Shown: positions 19,516-30,690 of the stretch, piece after piece
Layout of the letters: each line of letters opens with the position of its first letter
How positions within the stretch are numbered: the first letter of the stretch is position 1
NCBI GenBank assembly: GCA_033763315.1
Contig: JANRKS010000021.1
Span: 1 to 64,000 of the forward strand
Source of the DNA: Deltaproteobacteria bacterium
Lineage (GTDB): Bacteria; Myxococcota_A; Polyangia; Fen-1088
Length of the DNA: 64,000 nt
Direction of reading: 5' to 3'
Position numbers and translations under genes: made by a program
The notes under the pieces: model-generated
Databases searched by the model: none
Seen by the model: only the letters and a program-made list of their open reading frames with translations
Told to the model about the DNA's origin: nothing

Positions 19516-21051
19516 TCACTTGGCCGCCGCAATGGTGACGAAGCGGGTGGCATTGCCCCGGCGCACTTGCAACAGCTGCTGGCCTTTGGGGTTGCTCTTT
19601 AGTGCGTCGACGGCAGCCTCAGAGCTGTTCACCGGCTTGCGGTTGACCCTCAAGATCACATCTTCGGGCTGAAGCCCTGCGGCTTCGGCGCGGCTGCCGG
19701 GTGCCACCTCCGTGACCACCGCGCCTTGTGTGCCGGGTGGCAATCCCAGGCCTTGCGCAATCTCCGGCGACAAGGTTTGCAACGCCATCCCAATCTTCCC
19801 GTCTTCAAGCGAAGACACCTTGGCTTCGTCTTGCTCAGAAGGCAGCTCTGCCAACGTGACCTTCACTTGGCCGGGCTTTCCGTCACGCAGATAGGACAAC
19901 GTAACTTGGTGGCCGATCTGCTGATCGGAGATGTACGAAACAACGTCCGAAGCACCTTCGATTTGTTGCCCGTCGATCTTGGTCACCACGTCTTTGGGGC
20001 GGATGCCCGCCTTTTCTGCGGGACCACCGGGCGTGACCACTTCAACCAACGCCGCCTTGGCCGGCAGGTTCTTACCAAGCTGCGCTTTCTGGGCATCCTC
20101 GATGCGGTCCAGATCGGTGATCTTCACACCCAGATACGCGTAGCGCATCTTGCCGTCTTTGATCAGCGTTTGTGCCACGCGCTTGGCCTGGTTGATCGGG
20201 ATCGCAAAGCCATAGGCGCCACCTGGGCCCGTGTTGATCAGCGTGTTGATGCCCACCACTTCGCCGTCCAAGTTCGACAACGGACCGCCCGAGTTGCCGG
20301 GGTTGATCATCGCGTCGGTTTGAATGTATTGGCGCACGCGGTTGCCCGACATCTGCATGCGCTTGCCGGTTTTACCCTTGCTGCTCACGATGCCTGCGGT
20401 GACGGTTTGATCCATGCCGAGCGGGCTGCCCACCGCCAACACGAACTCACCCACCTCGAGCTTGTCGGAATCACCCAGGCGCGCGGCAACCAAATTGGCA
20501 GGCGCCTTCTTGAGGCGCACAACCGCAACATCGGTTTCCTCGTCGCGCCCCACCACTTCACCATCGAATTCGCGGCCGTCCGAAAACGTGACCGTGACCT
20601 TATCGGCGCCTTTGACCACGTGGCTGTTGGTGAGGATAAGGCCTTTCATGTCGATAACCACACCCGAGCCTGTGCCGTGCGACGGGCCTGGCGATGGCAT
20701 GCCTTCGCCACCGTTGAACTCGAAGAAGTGCCGAAAAAATTCAGGCACATCGTCAGGCATGGGCGGTTGCCCCCGGCGGCCCGGCCGTTTGGAGGATTTG
20801 GGGGCCTGCGTTTCAACGTCGATGCGCACCACGCTGGGCCCCAGGGCCTTCGCGGTGCCGGAGAAGGCGCGCGACAAAGCCCGCGCTTCAGGAGGCGCTT
20901 GCATCTTGGGCGTGACCGGACCAGGGCTTGGCGACTGAGCCTGCGTGATGCCGATCAAATCGGAGGAATAGCCACCGACCACGAAGGCGGCCGCAAAGCC
21001 CGCCACAAGAAAAACCCGCCTCGCTGTCCTCGACTTTGAATTCGTTTGCAT
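19516..21051 (-). CDS. degP: Do/DegQ (HtrA) periplasmic serine endoprotease with two PDZ domains
   Basis: [30 protein letters not shown]; two PDZ domains; GAGG RBS before ATG 21051. Confidence 0.93.
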   Translation of the reverse strand: MQTNSKSRTARRVFLVAGFAAAFVVGGYSSDLIGITQAQSPSPGPVTPKMQAPPEARALSRAFSGTAKALGPSVVRIDVETQAPKSSKRPGRRGQPPMPDDVPEFFRHFFEFNGGEGMPSPGPSHGTGSGVVIDMKGLILTNSHVVKGADKVTVTFSDGREFDGEVVGRDEETDVAVVRLKKAPANLVAARLGDSDKLEVGEFVLAVGSPLGMDQTVTAGIVSSKGKTGKRMQMSGNRVRQYIQTDAMINPGNSGGPLSNLDGEVVGINTLINTGPGGAYGFAIPINQAKRVAQTLIKDGKMRYAYLGVKITDLDRIEDAQKAQLGKNLPAKAALVEVVTPGGPAEKAGIRPKDVVTKIDGQQIEGASDVVSYISDQQIGHQVTLSYLRDGKPGQVKVTLAELPSEQDEAKVSSLEDGKIGMALQTLSPEIAQGLGLPPGTQGAVVTEVAPGSRAEAAGLQPEDVILRVNRKPVNSSEAAVDALKSNPKGQQLLQVRRGNATRFVTIAAAK

Positions 21052-21195
21052 AGTTATCCTCGTGTTGATGCTTGGGCGCGTTCCACGGTACACGCATTCA
21101 AGCTTCTAAAAGACAAACAACGCCGTGTACCGTTTTCTTCCCGATACGCCGGATTCCGCTTTACAGGCCGCGTCTGGCCGGCCAAACCACACCTC

Positions 21196-21630
21196 ATGAC
21201 CTTTCGTCAGGCCATCATCTCCCTTTCCGCCAAACCACGTGGGTTTCATCTAATCACGCGCGAGGTGCTGGACAAGGGCCCCGGGCTCGGCGATTTTGAA
21301 GTTGGCTTTTTGCAACTGTTCCTGCAGCACACCTCGGCGTCGCTGCTGATCAACGAAAACGCCGATCCAGATGTGCGCGGGGATATGGAGCGTTGGGCGA
21401 ACCACGTGATGCCGGAAAACGCGCCTTACTACGAACACACCCTTGAGGGGCCCGACGACATGCCCGCCCACCTAAAGGCCGTCGTGTTCGGGCCCTCGCT
21501 GCTGATTCCGGTGCGCGACGGGGCCCTGGCGCTGGGCACGTGGCAGGGCATCTACCTGGGCGAGCACCGCGACCATGGGGGCCCCCGCAACGTGGTGGCC
21601 ACAGTTTATGGTCAACTGAAGTCAAAATAA
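21196..21630 (+). CDS. yjbQ: YjbQ family (secondary thiamine-phosphate synthase)
   Basis: [40 protein letters not shown]. Confidence 0.93.
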   Translation: MTFRQAIISLSAKPRGFHLITREVLDKGPGLGDFEVGFLQLFLQHTSASLLINENADPDVRGDMERWANHVMPENAPYYEHTLEGPDDMPAHLKAVVFGPSLLIPVRDGALALGTWQGIYLGEHRDHGGPRNVVATVYGQLKSK

Positions 21631-21743
21631 CGTGCCCACAGCGCCCGCCTGGCCCACTCCAGGGCCCAGCGGCCAAGGATTCGGTGCCCGGCCGATGCTT
21701 CCGGTTGCCAATCGCCCCGGGGAGTAATAATCAGTGGCCTTCC

Positions 21744-22814
21744 ATGTCGAACAAGCCGCCCCCCTCCTCCCCCAGCCTCACCTACCGCGACGCGGGCGTT
21801 GACATCGACGCCGGCAACACATTCGTTGAGCGCATCAAATCGCACGTGGCTCGCACGAAACGTCCCGAGGTGATGGGCGGCTTGGGTGGCTTCGCCGGCT
21901 TGTGTGCCCTGCCCACCGGATACAAGAACCCCTTGCTTGTATCGTGCACCGACGGCGTGGGCACCAAGCTGAAGCTTGCGTTTCACACCAACATTCACAA
22001 CACCGTGGGCATCGATCTGGTGGCGATGAACGTCAACGATCTGGTTGTCAGTGGCGCCGAGCCGTTGTTCTTTCTGGATTACTTTGCGGTTGGGAAGCTG
22101 GACGTGGCCGTGGCAGAGCAAGTGGTCGCTGGCATCGCCGAAGGTTGCACACAAGCGGGCTGCGCTCTTGTGGGCGGCGAGACGGCCGAGCTGCCTGGTT
22201 TCTATCAAGCGGGCGAATACGATCTGGCCGGCTTCTGCGTGGGCGTTGTTGAACGCGATGGCCGCGTGGACGGCAAACAACTGAAGCCGGGCGATGTGTT
22301 GTTGGGTTTGGGCTCGTCCGGATTCCATTCAAATGGTTACTCACTCGTTCGCCGCGTTTTCCTTGAGCACGCCGGATTGGGCTTGGACGCGCGGCTTGAA
22401 GGCTTGGATAAGCCTCTGGGCGAAGCGCTGCTGGCCCCCACGCGCATCTACGTGAAAGCCTTGCGCGCGCTTTACGCGAAGGGTTTGATGAAAGGTGCGG
22501 CCCACATCACGGGCGGAGGCTTGGTGGAAAACCCGCAGCGCATGATCCCTGACGACGCGGCATTGAAGATTCAAATCGATCTCGGCTCATGGACCATCCC
22601 GGCGCTGTTCAACCACGCCGGCCACTTGGGCAACATCAACGCCGAAGAAATGCGCCGCACGTTCAACATGGGCATCGGCATGATCGTCGCCGTGCCAGCC
22701 GACAGCGCTGATGAGGCTGCGGACATTTTGCGCGCGCAAGGTGAAACGGTGTTCAAGATTGGTCGCATTGGAGCAGCCGACGCACCGGACGCGCCCGTGG
22801 AGTTTGTTGCGTGA
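21744..22814 (+). CDS. purM: Phosphoribosylformylglycinamidine cyclo-ligase
   Basis: [60 protein letters not shown]. Confidence 0.97.
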   Translation: MSNKPPPSSPSLTYRDAGVDIDAGNTFVERIKSHVARTKRPEVMGGLGGFAGLCALPTGYKNPLLVSCTDGVGTKLKLAFHTNIHNTVGIDLVAMNVNDLVVSGAEPLFFLDYFAVGKLDVAVAEQVVAGIAEGCTQAGCALVGGETAELPGFYQAGEYDLAGFCVGVVERDGRVDGKQLKPGDVLLGLGSSGFHSNGYSLVRRVFLEHAGLGLDARLEGLDKPLGEALLAPTRIYVKALRALYAKGLMKGAAHITGGGLVENPQRMIPDDAALKIQIDLGSWTIPALFNHAGHLGNINAEEMRRTFNMGIGMIVAVPADSADEAADILRAQGETVFKIGRIGAADAPDAPVEFVA

Positions 22815-23470
22815 GGATTGCCGTTCTTGCGTCGGGCGGCGGCACGAATCTGCAAGCGCTGCTCGACGCGCAGGCTGCCGGCGCGTTGGCGCCCGCGCAG
22901 ATTGTGGTTGTGGGGGCGAATGTGCCGGGCTGCGGGGCGCTGGGGCGAGCAGAAAGCGCCGGCGTACCCACGTTTTGCCTGAGCCACAAGGGATTCGCCG
23001 AACGGGCGGCGTTCGACGAGGCATTGTACGGCCAGATTGTGCCCTACCAGGTTGACTGTTTGGTGCTAGCGGGTTTCATGCGTGTCTTGACCGCCGCTTT
23101 CCTTGAGCGCTTCGCTCAAGGGGTTATCAACATCCACCCCGCGCTGCTGCCCGCGTTTCCTGGCGTGCACGGGCAAAAACAAGCTTTTGAGTACGGCGTG
23201 AAGTTTGCCGGTTGCACGGTGCACTACGTGGACGGTGGGGTCGATAGTGGCCCAATCATCGCGCAGGCCGTGGTGCCCGTGCTGCCAAACGACTCGGAAG
23301 CGTCGCTGCAGCAGCGCATTCTCGAAGAAGAACACAAGATTTTCCCCGCCGTGGTGCAGGCCGTCGCGGCGGGCCGTGTGCAGCGCCAAGGGCGACGCGT
23401 GCTGGTGGCAGGTGAACCTGTGGGCGGCCTACAAGACGCCCGTTTGCGGACGATCGCCCCACTGTATTAG
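22811..23470 (+). CDS. purN: Phosphoribosylglycinamide formyltransferase
   Basis: [41 protein letters not shown]; GTGA overlap with purM. Confidence 0.97.
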   Translation: MRIAVLASGGGTNLQALLDAQAAGALAPAQIVVVGANVPGCGALGRAESAGVPTFCLSHKGFAERAAFDEALYGQIVPYQVDCLVLAGFMRVLTAAFLERFAQGVINIHPALLPAFPGVHGQKQAFEYGVKFAGCTVHYVDGGVDSGPIIAQAVVPVLPNDSEASLQQRILEEEHKIFPAVVQAVAAGRVQRQGRRVLVAGEPVGGLQDARLRTIAPLY

Positions 23471-23661
23471 CCAGTTTGTGACGCGCGCACCGGCACGTGA
23501 CCAAAACGTTGCGTTTGTGTTTCCAACTGATGTTTTCTGCCCAGGGAGCCCTCACAAGGGGTGTGGCCCGCCGCAGGGTGCGCTAAATTGCCCGGCGGTT
23601 GAAGGCGGGTGGAACTCATCGCGCCAGCGCGCTGGGTGCCCGTACAACGGGAAACGAAACC

Positions 23662-26600
23662 ATGGACACCGAACGACGCGTAGGGCTCACCTCCGAAGGC
23701 AAGGCATTTACCCCATCCAGCAGCCGGCTCAGCCAGCTAATCCTGCTGAAGATCGCTTCCATGGGTTACCGGCTGCCGGCCGGCGCCGACGATGAACACG
23801 TGATGGAACTGGGGCGCGATTTGTTCGCGCGCTACCGCGAGCAAAGCCGCTTGCTCAGTGAGCATCTGAACCCCGCGGATCGTCGCATCCAGGATTTCCT
23901 CGATCGCTTGCTGGCTCCCTTGGGGCGTCCCGAGCACGTACACCTGCAACCCGGATCGTTGATTTTGGATCGTTGGGGCTTGGCACGCGAGTTGGCCTTC
24001 CCCGCCGGCCGCAACGACTGGAAGAACGACTACGTCAACAGCTTCCGCACCAGCAATGGCGTGATCCACAACCCCGTCAACGACCGCCGGACCACGCAAG
24101 GCGTGTTTCACGTGGCCGACGTGGGTTTACCGGTGCCCGCCGATAAGTTGGCGGTGCCGCTGATCGCTTACGCGCGCATGCTTCGCGCCGCTTTGGACGC
24201 GCCCGCCAGCTTGCGACGCCTGCCGTTCACAGCCGAATGGGATGAACCCGTTGAAACAACAGTGTCGTTGCTGTTGCGTCCCTTGGTGTGCCCCGCGGTG
24301 CCTGGCGTGAGCCCTGAAAAACGCATGGAGATTCGTTTCTTCGTTCCGGGTGGCCTTGTTTCGAACCTCGATTTCGTTGAAAGCATCTTTGGCAACGCAG
24401 GCGATCCGTTCTTACCAGAGAACGACGCAGCCTTGGACGTGGATCATTGGACGGGCCACACAGGTTGCGTGATCTTGGCGCCGCATCTCACACAGCTGCG
24501 CAAAGTGGATCTGGGGTTGCCCCAAGAGGCCGACGCAACCCCGCGCCAAAAGCGTGAAGGGATGTTTTGGCGCAAAGAAGACGAGCTTTACAACAACGGC
24601 AAGCCTTTCAAGATCACCGCGCGTGACGCCAGCGGCGTGATGGTGACGATCCTTGCCGACAATTACTTTGGCTATTGCAAGAAGGAAGTGAAAACGCAGA
24701 TCGGCTTCGCCGCGAATCTTTACGGCTTGGCCGAAGAAGAACACGCCGGGGGCGCGTTGGCGTTTTCGTCTTACAGCTTGGGCGACCAATTCACGCCCGA
24801 TCCACGCTATTACGACGGCGGCCACACGTTCGCCGAAGTGACGCAGTTGATGGGCGACGCGATCACCGTGATGCCCACGGGATACGCCACCGATAAGAAG
24901 TACCCGACGATTCATTACGTGCCCGAGGACGTGCGCATGGACGTGAAATCGCAAACGGCGCGGTGGCTGCACCAAGGCCAAGAACAATCGCTGCGGCTTT
25001 TGCCAGGGCACGTCTACATTCACCCAAGCGGCTATAAGGTTCGCTTGGCGAAGCACCCCGCAGCGCCCAGCTGGCGCTTGGTGGGCACCGTGGCCGAAGG
25101 TGTGTTCTGCCACAAGCCGTGCACCGTTTCTGGCGGTGGTAAATCTGAGATCAGCAAGAGCATCTCCGATTCGCTTTTGTACGGGCCAATCTATGTCAAC
25201 GACGTCGACCAGGATCTGGATCTGGTGGATCAGATCTTCAAGAAGGACTATTCCGACCGCTGGTTGCCAGGGCGGGATCCGCGCCAAAAAGGCCCCGGTG
25301 GTTCGCGCCCCGTGCTGTCGTCAGAACGTTCCTTGGGTTCCGTCATCAAGCTGCTGACCCCCAACGAACTTGATTACACACCAGAATACAACGCCTGGTT
25401 GCGCAGCGTACCCAACCACGTGCGCGCCCTCGTGTTCGTGATCAAACGGTTCTACAACGATTCGTGGGGCGGCGATTGGCGACCGCATTTCACCGTGGAC
25501 ATCGTCAACGGTTCGTCAGGCCACGAGTTAAAGTTCGACGGCCGTAAGCTGGTGGGCAGTTACTTGCGCATGGGCCTGCAGGCCGATGCTTCGTGGCGCA
25601 CGTTCAAGCTGCGGCAAGATTATTTGCCCGCCGACAAAGTGCAGATGGAAGACGACATCACCGCGTCGGTGGTGGTGCCCGTAAAGGATCTCACAGATCT
25701 GCCGGCGTTCTACAAAACGCAGTCGAGCCTCAAGCTTTCCGAAAACTGCGAGTGGCGTTTGTTCCAGCGGCCCGACGACGCCATTCACCCAGGCTTCGAT
25801 CAGCAAACCGAAGCGGACATGGCGGGCCCAAGCGTCTTTGCGTCGAACTTTCAACCACTGACCTTGGACGAGATCAAGGAGATGGTTGAGAACGTGGCGC
25901 TGTTTGATGCGTTCACGGCGCCCATGCAAACACACTTGGAAGGCTCAAAGGAACGCTCCGACGATTACACGCTGTGCTCGGCACGTCCGCGCATCGTTGA
26001 CGGCAAGCCCAGCAAGAATCCGCGCTATTTGCAGGTGCGCCCGGACGTCTCCCGTCCGCGCGATCGATACTTGGCCGAGGTGAGCACACGTTTGGTGCGG
26101 CGGATACCGCGCGATCGAGCGGTGATCTTTCCCGTCACGGCGATCCTATCGGGCCGGCGCAACAACCCACCAGAAAAGGGTGTGCGGCCGCTGTGTGTGT
26201 TCAACCCGATCCATTATCAAGAGCTGCCCGAGCTGTTCATGGATTACGTGTGTTCAGTCACGGGAAAATCGCCCAGCACCACGGGCGCTGGTTCTGAAGG
26301 CGCGTTGACGAAGGGGCCGTTCAACGCGATCTGCGCGACGGCTGATTTGAACAACGCGATGGTTTCGATGTTGCTCACGGGATATGCGGGTTTCTCCACC
26401 GCGGCCGGCTTCGTTGGCCCCGACTTCAGATTCGATCACGACATCAGCCTGCTGATCCCAGAGATCTGGGCGCGCTTGACGCCCACCGAGCGCAACCCAG
26501 CCTTCTTGATCGGCGAGGGGCACTTGGAAAAGGTCCAGGATTTCGAATTCGAAGGCCGCACCATCATGGCCAGCCGCCTGGGCTACCGCATCACTTCGCG

Positions 26601-27174
26601 CTTCGTGCGCACTTTCTTGGGCCGCGTGTTCGACAACCCGCGGGCTGTTTTTACCGACGAAATCTTGCGACCCGAATTGCAAGATGCGGCGGTGTTTGCG
26701 GACGGCGTTGAAAACATCACGCAGGCACAAAAGGCATCAGCGCTGCAATACTTCGAGGATGGCAGCATCAACGACGCCTGCCCTCCCCTTGCGGTGGTTT
26801 TGCACCTGATGGCCTACGGGCATTGGAATGGCAAAACGGCGCAGGATTCGGAATTGCGCGCCATGTTCACGCGCGAAGCGCTGCTGCAAAGCGAATGGTA
26901 TCAACGGCGGTTGCAGATCAAGCAGGATCGTGACGTCACCTTGTGGTCACGGCATGTGGTCAATCTGCGCGCTTTCTTGGCCAAGCCCAGCCACCGCGAC
27001 GAGGCGGATCGCTTGGGCATTCGGGCGCGCCTCGTCCACGCAGAGCGGCAGTTGACGCATGTCTCGTCACCCGAGTACTTGCAGCACTTGCACGGAACGA
27101 TTGGCGCGGATCCGATCCACACACCGGAACAAAACCTGCAATCGGACTCGCGGGAGTTGGCGGCGGGCGAATAA
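23662..27174 (+). CDS. Putative PPi-dependent phosphoenolpyruvate carboxykinase (PEP carboxytransphosphorylase)
   Basis: About 1170 aa with HNPVNDRRTTQGVFH, DNYFGYCKKEVKTQI, EEEHAGG, HKPCTVSGGGKSEISK, KVQMEDDI, GKSPSTTGAGSEGA, motifs recalled from the Entamoeba/Propionibacterium PPi-PEPCK family. Confidence 0.8.
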   Translation: MDTERRVGLTSEGKAFTPSSSRLSQLILLKIASMGYRLPAGADDEHVMELGRDLFARYREQSRLLSEHLNPADRRIQDFLDRLLAPLGRPEHVHLQPGSLILDRWGLARELAFPAGRNDWKNDYVNSFRTSNGVIHNPVNDRRTTQGVFHVADVGLPVPADKLAVPLIAYARMLRAALDAPASLRRLPFTAEWDEPVETTVSLLLRPLVCPAVPGVSPEKRMEIRFFVPGGLVSNLDFVESIFGNAGDPFLPENDAALDVDHWTGHTGCVILAPHLTQLRKVDLGLPQEADATPRQKREGMFWRKEDELYNNGKPFKITARDASGVMVTILADNYFGYCKKEVKTQIGFAANLYGLAEEEHAGGALAFSSYSLGDQFTPDPRYYDGGHTFAEVTQLMGDAITVMPTGYATDKKYPTIHYVPEDVRMDVKSQTARWLHQGQEQSLRLLPGHVYIHPSGYKVRLAKHPAAPSWRLVGTVAEGVFCHKPCTVSGGGKSEISKSISDSLLYGPIYVNDVDQDLDLVDQIFKKDYSDRWLPGRDPRQKGPGGSRPVLSSERSLGSVIKLLTPNELDYTPEYNAWLRSVPNHVRALVFVIKRFYNDSWGGDWRPHFTVDIVNGSSGHELKFDGRKLVGSYLRMGLQADASWRTFKLRQDYLPADKVQMEDDITASVVVPVKDLTDLPAFYKTQSSLKLSENCEWRLFQRPDDAIHPGFDQQTEADMAGPSVFASNFQPLTLDEIKEMVENVALFDAFTAPMQTHLEGSKERSDDYTLCSARPRIVDGKPSKNPRYLQVRPDVSRPRDRYLAEVSTRLVRRIPRDRAVIFPVTAILSGRRNNPPEKGVRPLCVFNPIHYQELPELFMDYVCSVTGKSPSTTGAGSEGALTKGPFNAICATADLNNAMVSMLLTGYAGFSTAAGFVGPDFRFDHDISLLIPEIWARLTPTERNPAFLIGEGHLEKVQDFEFEGRTIMASRLGYRITSRFVRTFLGRVFDNPRAVFTDEILRPELQDAAVFADGVENITQAQKASALQYFEDGSINDACPPLAVVLHLMAYGHWNGKTAQDSELRAMFTREALLQSEWYQRRLQIKQDRDVTLWSRHVVNLRAFLAKPSHRDEADRLGIRARLVHAERQLTHVSSPEYLQHLHGTIGADPIHTPEQNLQSDSRELAAGE

Positions 27175-27259
27175 CGCGACCTTGTAAAAGCGCTGTCACG
27201 AAGGTTCGTTAGCGCCGGGCCGCCCCGGCGGGCATGATATACATCACTTTGAACGAAGC

Positions 27260-28615
27260 ATGAGGTATCGCTTCCGCCACCAGGGGTCAGCCGTGATTCC
27301 CTCCCGCCTTGGTTTTGGGCGTCTTGCCGTGGGCTGCGCGCTCGTGGTGTTAGGGCTGAGCACGTCCGGGCGCGCCCAGGCCAGAGGCGCCGGTTTTGTG
27401 GCCGAAGAGTGCGGCGGCTGCCACCGCGGTTCCACGGTCCCTAAGGTTACCATCACGCCCAGTTCGTTGACGCCTGCCCTTGGCTCCACGGTTCGGCTAA
27501 CCATCACCATCGACGTAGGTTCCCAACGTGGCGCCGGCTTCTACATCGGCTCCACCGCGGGCAAGCTGACCCCCGTTGCCGGTGAGAAAACCAAAGTGGG
27601 CGGCGAAGGCATCACCCACAACGGCACGAACACCGCGTCGGGCGGCAAGGTGGTGATTCATGCTGATTGGACCGTGCCCGCCACGCCCGGCGGTGTCGAC
27701 TTCCGCGCGGCGGCGATCGCCGCGAACATGGATGGCGGTTCGGGGGGCGACGGAGCTGGATCCAGCTTTTACCCGTTCGCCTATGGCTGCAGCGGCGGGG
27801 GCACTTACTACCGCGATTTCGATGGCGACGGGGTGGGATACGCGGAGGATGCGTATACGCGCAGCTGCGGCAAGCCTGAAGGATACGGCGAGAAGTTTGG
27901 CGATTGCGACGACAACGACGCCAAGATTTTGCCGGGGGCCACGGAGGTCTGTAACCGGCGCGACGACAACTGCGACGGCAAGACAGACGAAGGCCTGGAG
28001 AGCGTGGTGATGTACCCCGATATGGACGGGGATGGATGGGGCCGCCGCACCGCCACAGGCGAAATGAAAATAGGTTGCGGCAGCGAGCGCGGGTGGGGCC
28101 ACGACGGCACCGATTGCGACGACAAGGACGCCAAGATTTTTCCGGGCGCCGCCGAGATTTGCAATCTCAAGGACGACAACTGCGATGGCCGTGTGGATGA
28201 AGGCGCGCGCGCCGACTGTGGCGTGGGCTGGTGCCGGCGTTTGGCGGTGGCCTGTGACGGCACAAGCTGCACGCCTGGCAAGCCGCAAAAAGAACGTTGC
28301 AACCTGCTGGACGACGACTGTGATGGCGACGTGGACGAAGATCCCGATACGCTGTGTTTGGACGGCCTCACGTGCCGCAGCGGCCGCTGCGTTGATAGCG
28401 ACACAGCGCCGCCTGTTGAAACCGGAGGCGCGGGTGGCGGCACAAGCGCGGGCGGCAGCACGGGCACCGGCGGCTCGGAACAACCCCTGGGTGATGATGT
28501 GAAATCATCGGGCGGTTGTTCACTGATGCCACGGCCGGGCGCCACCACCTTGTTCCCTGTGGCCGCGCTTGTGGTTGCGCTGGGCGTTCGGTTGGCAAAG
28601 CGCCGGCGCCGTTAG
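27260..28615 (+). CDS. Cell-surface protein: CxxCH + Reeler-like domain + Cys/Asp MopE-like repeats + MYXO-CTERM-like tail
   Basis: Signal peptide; CGGCH; two repeats DCDDxDAKIxPGAxExCNxxDDNCDGxxDEG plus a partial third; C-terminal GGCS, TM segment, KRRRR. Confidence 0.8.
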   Translation: MRYRFRHQGSAVIPSRLGFGRLAVGCALVVLGLSTSGRAQARGAGFVAEECGGCHRGSTVPKVTITPSSLTPALGSTVRLTITIDVGSQRGAGFYIGSTAGKLTPVAGEKTKVGGEGITHNGTNTASGGKVVIHADWTVPATPGGVDFRAAAIAANMDGGSGGDGAGSSFYPFAYGCSGGGTYYRDFDGDGVGYAEDAYTRSCGKPEGYGEKFGDCDDNDAKILPGATEVCNRRDDNCDGKTDEGLESVVMYPDMDGDGWGRRTATGEMKIGCGSERGWGHDGTDCDDKDAKIFPGAAEICNLKDDNCDGRVDEGARADCGVGWCRRLAVACDGTSCTPGKPQKERCNLLDDDCDGDVDEDPDTLCLDGLTCRSGRCVDSDTAPPVETGGAGGGTSAGGSTGTGGSEQPLGDDVKSSGGCSLMPRPGATTLFPVAALVVALGVRLAKRRRR

Positions 28616-30690
28616 CGATCGGTCAGCACCACAACACCGCGCGCGGCAACCGAAACGCTGCGCCCTGCGACGGTGCCCTCAAGCACATTGTGCATCTCGC
28701 GCGGCAGCGGCAAGCGTTGCGGTTTGTCCGCAAAGTTGATGATCACGAGCGTTGATTTTCCGTTGGGCGCGCGGCGTTCGTTGATCTCGACGTCTGCCGG
28801 TGCTTCCGCAAAGGGCGAGCGCACACCAGCGGCATTGACCCACGTGCGTGCCATTTGGCTGAGCAACACGGGATCAAGCCACGCGCCCACATACGTGAGG
28901 CTGCCTTTGCCCAGTTTGCGCGACACAACCGCGGGTTGGCCATCAAGCCATCCGTTGGCGGCGCCGTAACGCAGCAGCACCTGCGCATCGGCCACATCCG
29001 TCTTGAGAAGTTCGGCCCAGATCGTGGCTTCGCCCGCACCAGCCGCACCTGAAACGCTCACGGGCTTTTCGAGCGCGTATAGCTCGTCCACATGCGCCCC
29101 CAAAGCGGGAGCCAGTGGCCCAGGCTGACGCTGTTGCAGAAGGACGTTATCCAGGTTCTTAAAGCCTGAACGCGCTCCCAGCACCAAGTGGCCTCCCGCT
29201 TCCACCCAAGCCTTAAGTTTGGCGGCGCGCTCATCGGTGATCATGTGCAACGCGGGCGCAACGATCAGTTTGTAACGATCGATGGGCGCATCGGTGTGTA
29301 TCGCATCAATGGCGCCGACGAGCGGCTTGATCGCCACGTGATACGCGCGAAAGTGTTCAGTGTAGTCAAACGCCTTGTGGTGCTTTTGTTGTTCGATCGC
29401 CCAACGATCATCGTAAGTCGTGAGCATTGCCACATCAGCCACGGGCGTGGTGCCCGCCAACGCGGGCGTGGCTTGCGCGAGTTCACGCGCAAAACGGGCG
29501 ATGTCTTCATACACGGGGCGCGGGTTGCCATCGGGCGCCACGAGCGAGCCATGGTATTGCTCCTGGCCACCCAAGGCATTGCGCCATTGCCAATACGAAA
29601 CCACGTCGGCGCCGTGACCGATCGCCATCCACGCCATGGCGCGCGCATCGGCGCGATCGAGGCCACTGTTAACGTCGTTCCAGTTCACAAACGCCGGCTG
29701 CGTTTCCATGATCCAGTAGTTCTTGCGCTTAAAGCCGCGCACCACATCGTGGTAAGCGCCGTAACTTGGCCCCAAACGGCCGGAGCCTTTGTATGCGTCG
29801 TAAGACGCGAAATCCAAATCTGCCGCCACAAGGTGGTGATCGTAACCCACGTACCAACCCATAAAGTTGTGCGTGATGGGCGCTTTGGATTGCTCGCGGA
29901 TCACATCGGTTTGATTCTTCTGGTACGACCGCCACGTGTCGCTCACGAAGCGTTTCCAATCCAACATCAAGCTGGGATGTTGTTCGATGCGGAACGGAAT
30001 CGGGATCTCTTCCCATTTGTCATACGTTTGGCTCCAATAGTTGGTGGTCCAGCGGGTGTTCAAAGCGTCTAACGTTTTGTAACGTTTCTTGAGCCACGCT
30101 TGAAACACCTTGCGCGTGCCTTCGTCAAACGAAAGCGAGCTGTATTCGTTGCAGATCTGCCAGGCCACAACGTTTGGATTTTTGCCAAACCTCACCGCCA
30201 GCTTCTGAGCCATGCGGCGTGCGAGCTGCCGGTAGCGGGGGTTGGTGAAATTGTATTGGGCGCGGCCACCATGCGAATCGCGCAGGCCCGTTTCTTTGAG
30301 GCGCAACGTCTCGGGATATTTGTGCGTGAGCCACGCCGGTGGAGCCGCGCTGGGCGTGCCAATCACGGTGACAATTCCGTAGCTGGCGGCCAGCGTGATG
30401 GCGCGTTCCAACCAATCAAGATCGAATTTGCCGTCGGACGGCTCCATGCGTGACCAAGCGAATTCGGCGACGCGCACCATCGTGATGCCGGCGGCTTTCA
30501 TCAAGCGCAGATCTTCGGGCCAACGTTGCTCGGGCCACTGCTCGGGATACCAAGCGGCGCCCACCATCAAGGGCGGCGCCGTGGCCACGGGCGCGGCCGC
30601 GGGCTGGGCATGCGCCCGCGACACGGATGATGTGAATGCGAGGGCAACGATGACGGCCGGGGCAACGCCGCGGAACACGAAAGAGGCCAT
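28612..30690 (-). CDS. GH42 beta-galactosidase (secreted)
   Basis: GAAWYPEQW, AEFAWSRMEP, TPSAAPPAWL, acid/base WQICNE, nucleophile WIMETQ, EQYH. Confidence 0.93.
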   Translation of the reverse strand: MASFVFRGVAPAVIVALAFTSSVSRAHAQPAAAPVATAPPLMVGAAWYPEQWPEQRWPEDLRLMKAAGITMVRVAEFAWSRMEPSDGKFDLDWLERAITLAASYGIVTVIGTPSAAPPAWLTHKYPETLRLKETGLRDSHGGRAQYNFTNPRYRQLARRMAQKLAVRFGKNPNVVAWQICNEYSSLSFDEGTRKVFQAWLKKRYKTLDALNTRWTTNYWSQTYDKWEEIPIPFRIEQHPSLMLDWKRFVSDTWRSYQKNQTDVIREQSKAPITHNFMGWYVGYDHHLVAADLDFASYDAYKGSGRLGPSYGAYHDVVRGFKRKNYWIMETQPAFVNWNDVNSGLDRADARAMAWMAIGHGADVVSYWQWRNALGGQEQYHGSLVAPDGNPRPVYEDIARFARELAQATPALAGTTPVADVAMLTTYDDRWAIEQQKHHKAFDYTEHFRAYHVAIKPLVGAIDAIHTDAPIDRYKLIVAPALHMITDERAAKLKAWVEAGGHLVLGARSGFKNLDNVLLQQRQPGPLAPALGAHVDELYALEKPVSVSGAAGAGEATIWAELLKTDVADAQVLLRYGAANGWLDGQPAVVSRKLGKGSLTYVGAWLDPVLLSQMARTWVNAAGVRSPFAEAPADVEINERRAPNGKSTLVIINFADKPQRLPLPREMHNVLEGTVAGRSVSVAARGVVVLTDR

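Noticed and set aside
19726-21039. 437-aa plus-strand ORF
   Set aside because: Antisense shadow of degP, expected from GC-rich codon bias; no motifs.
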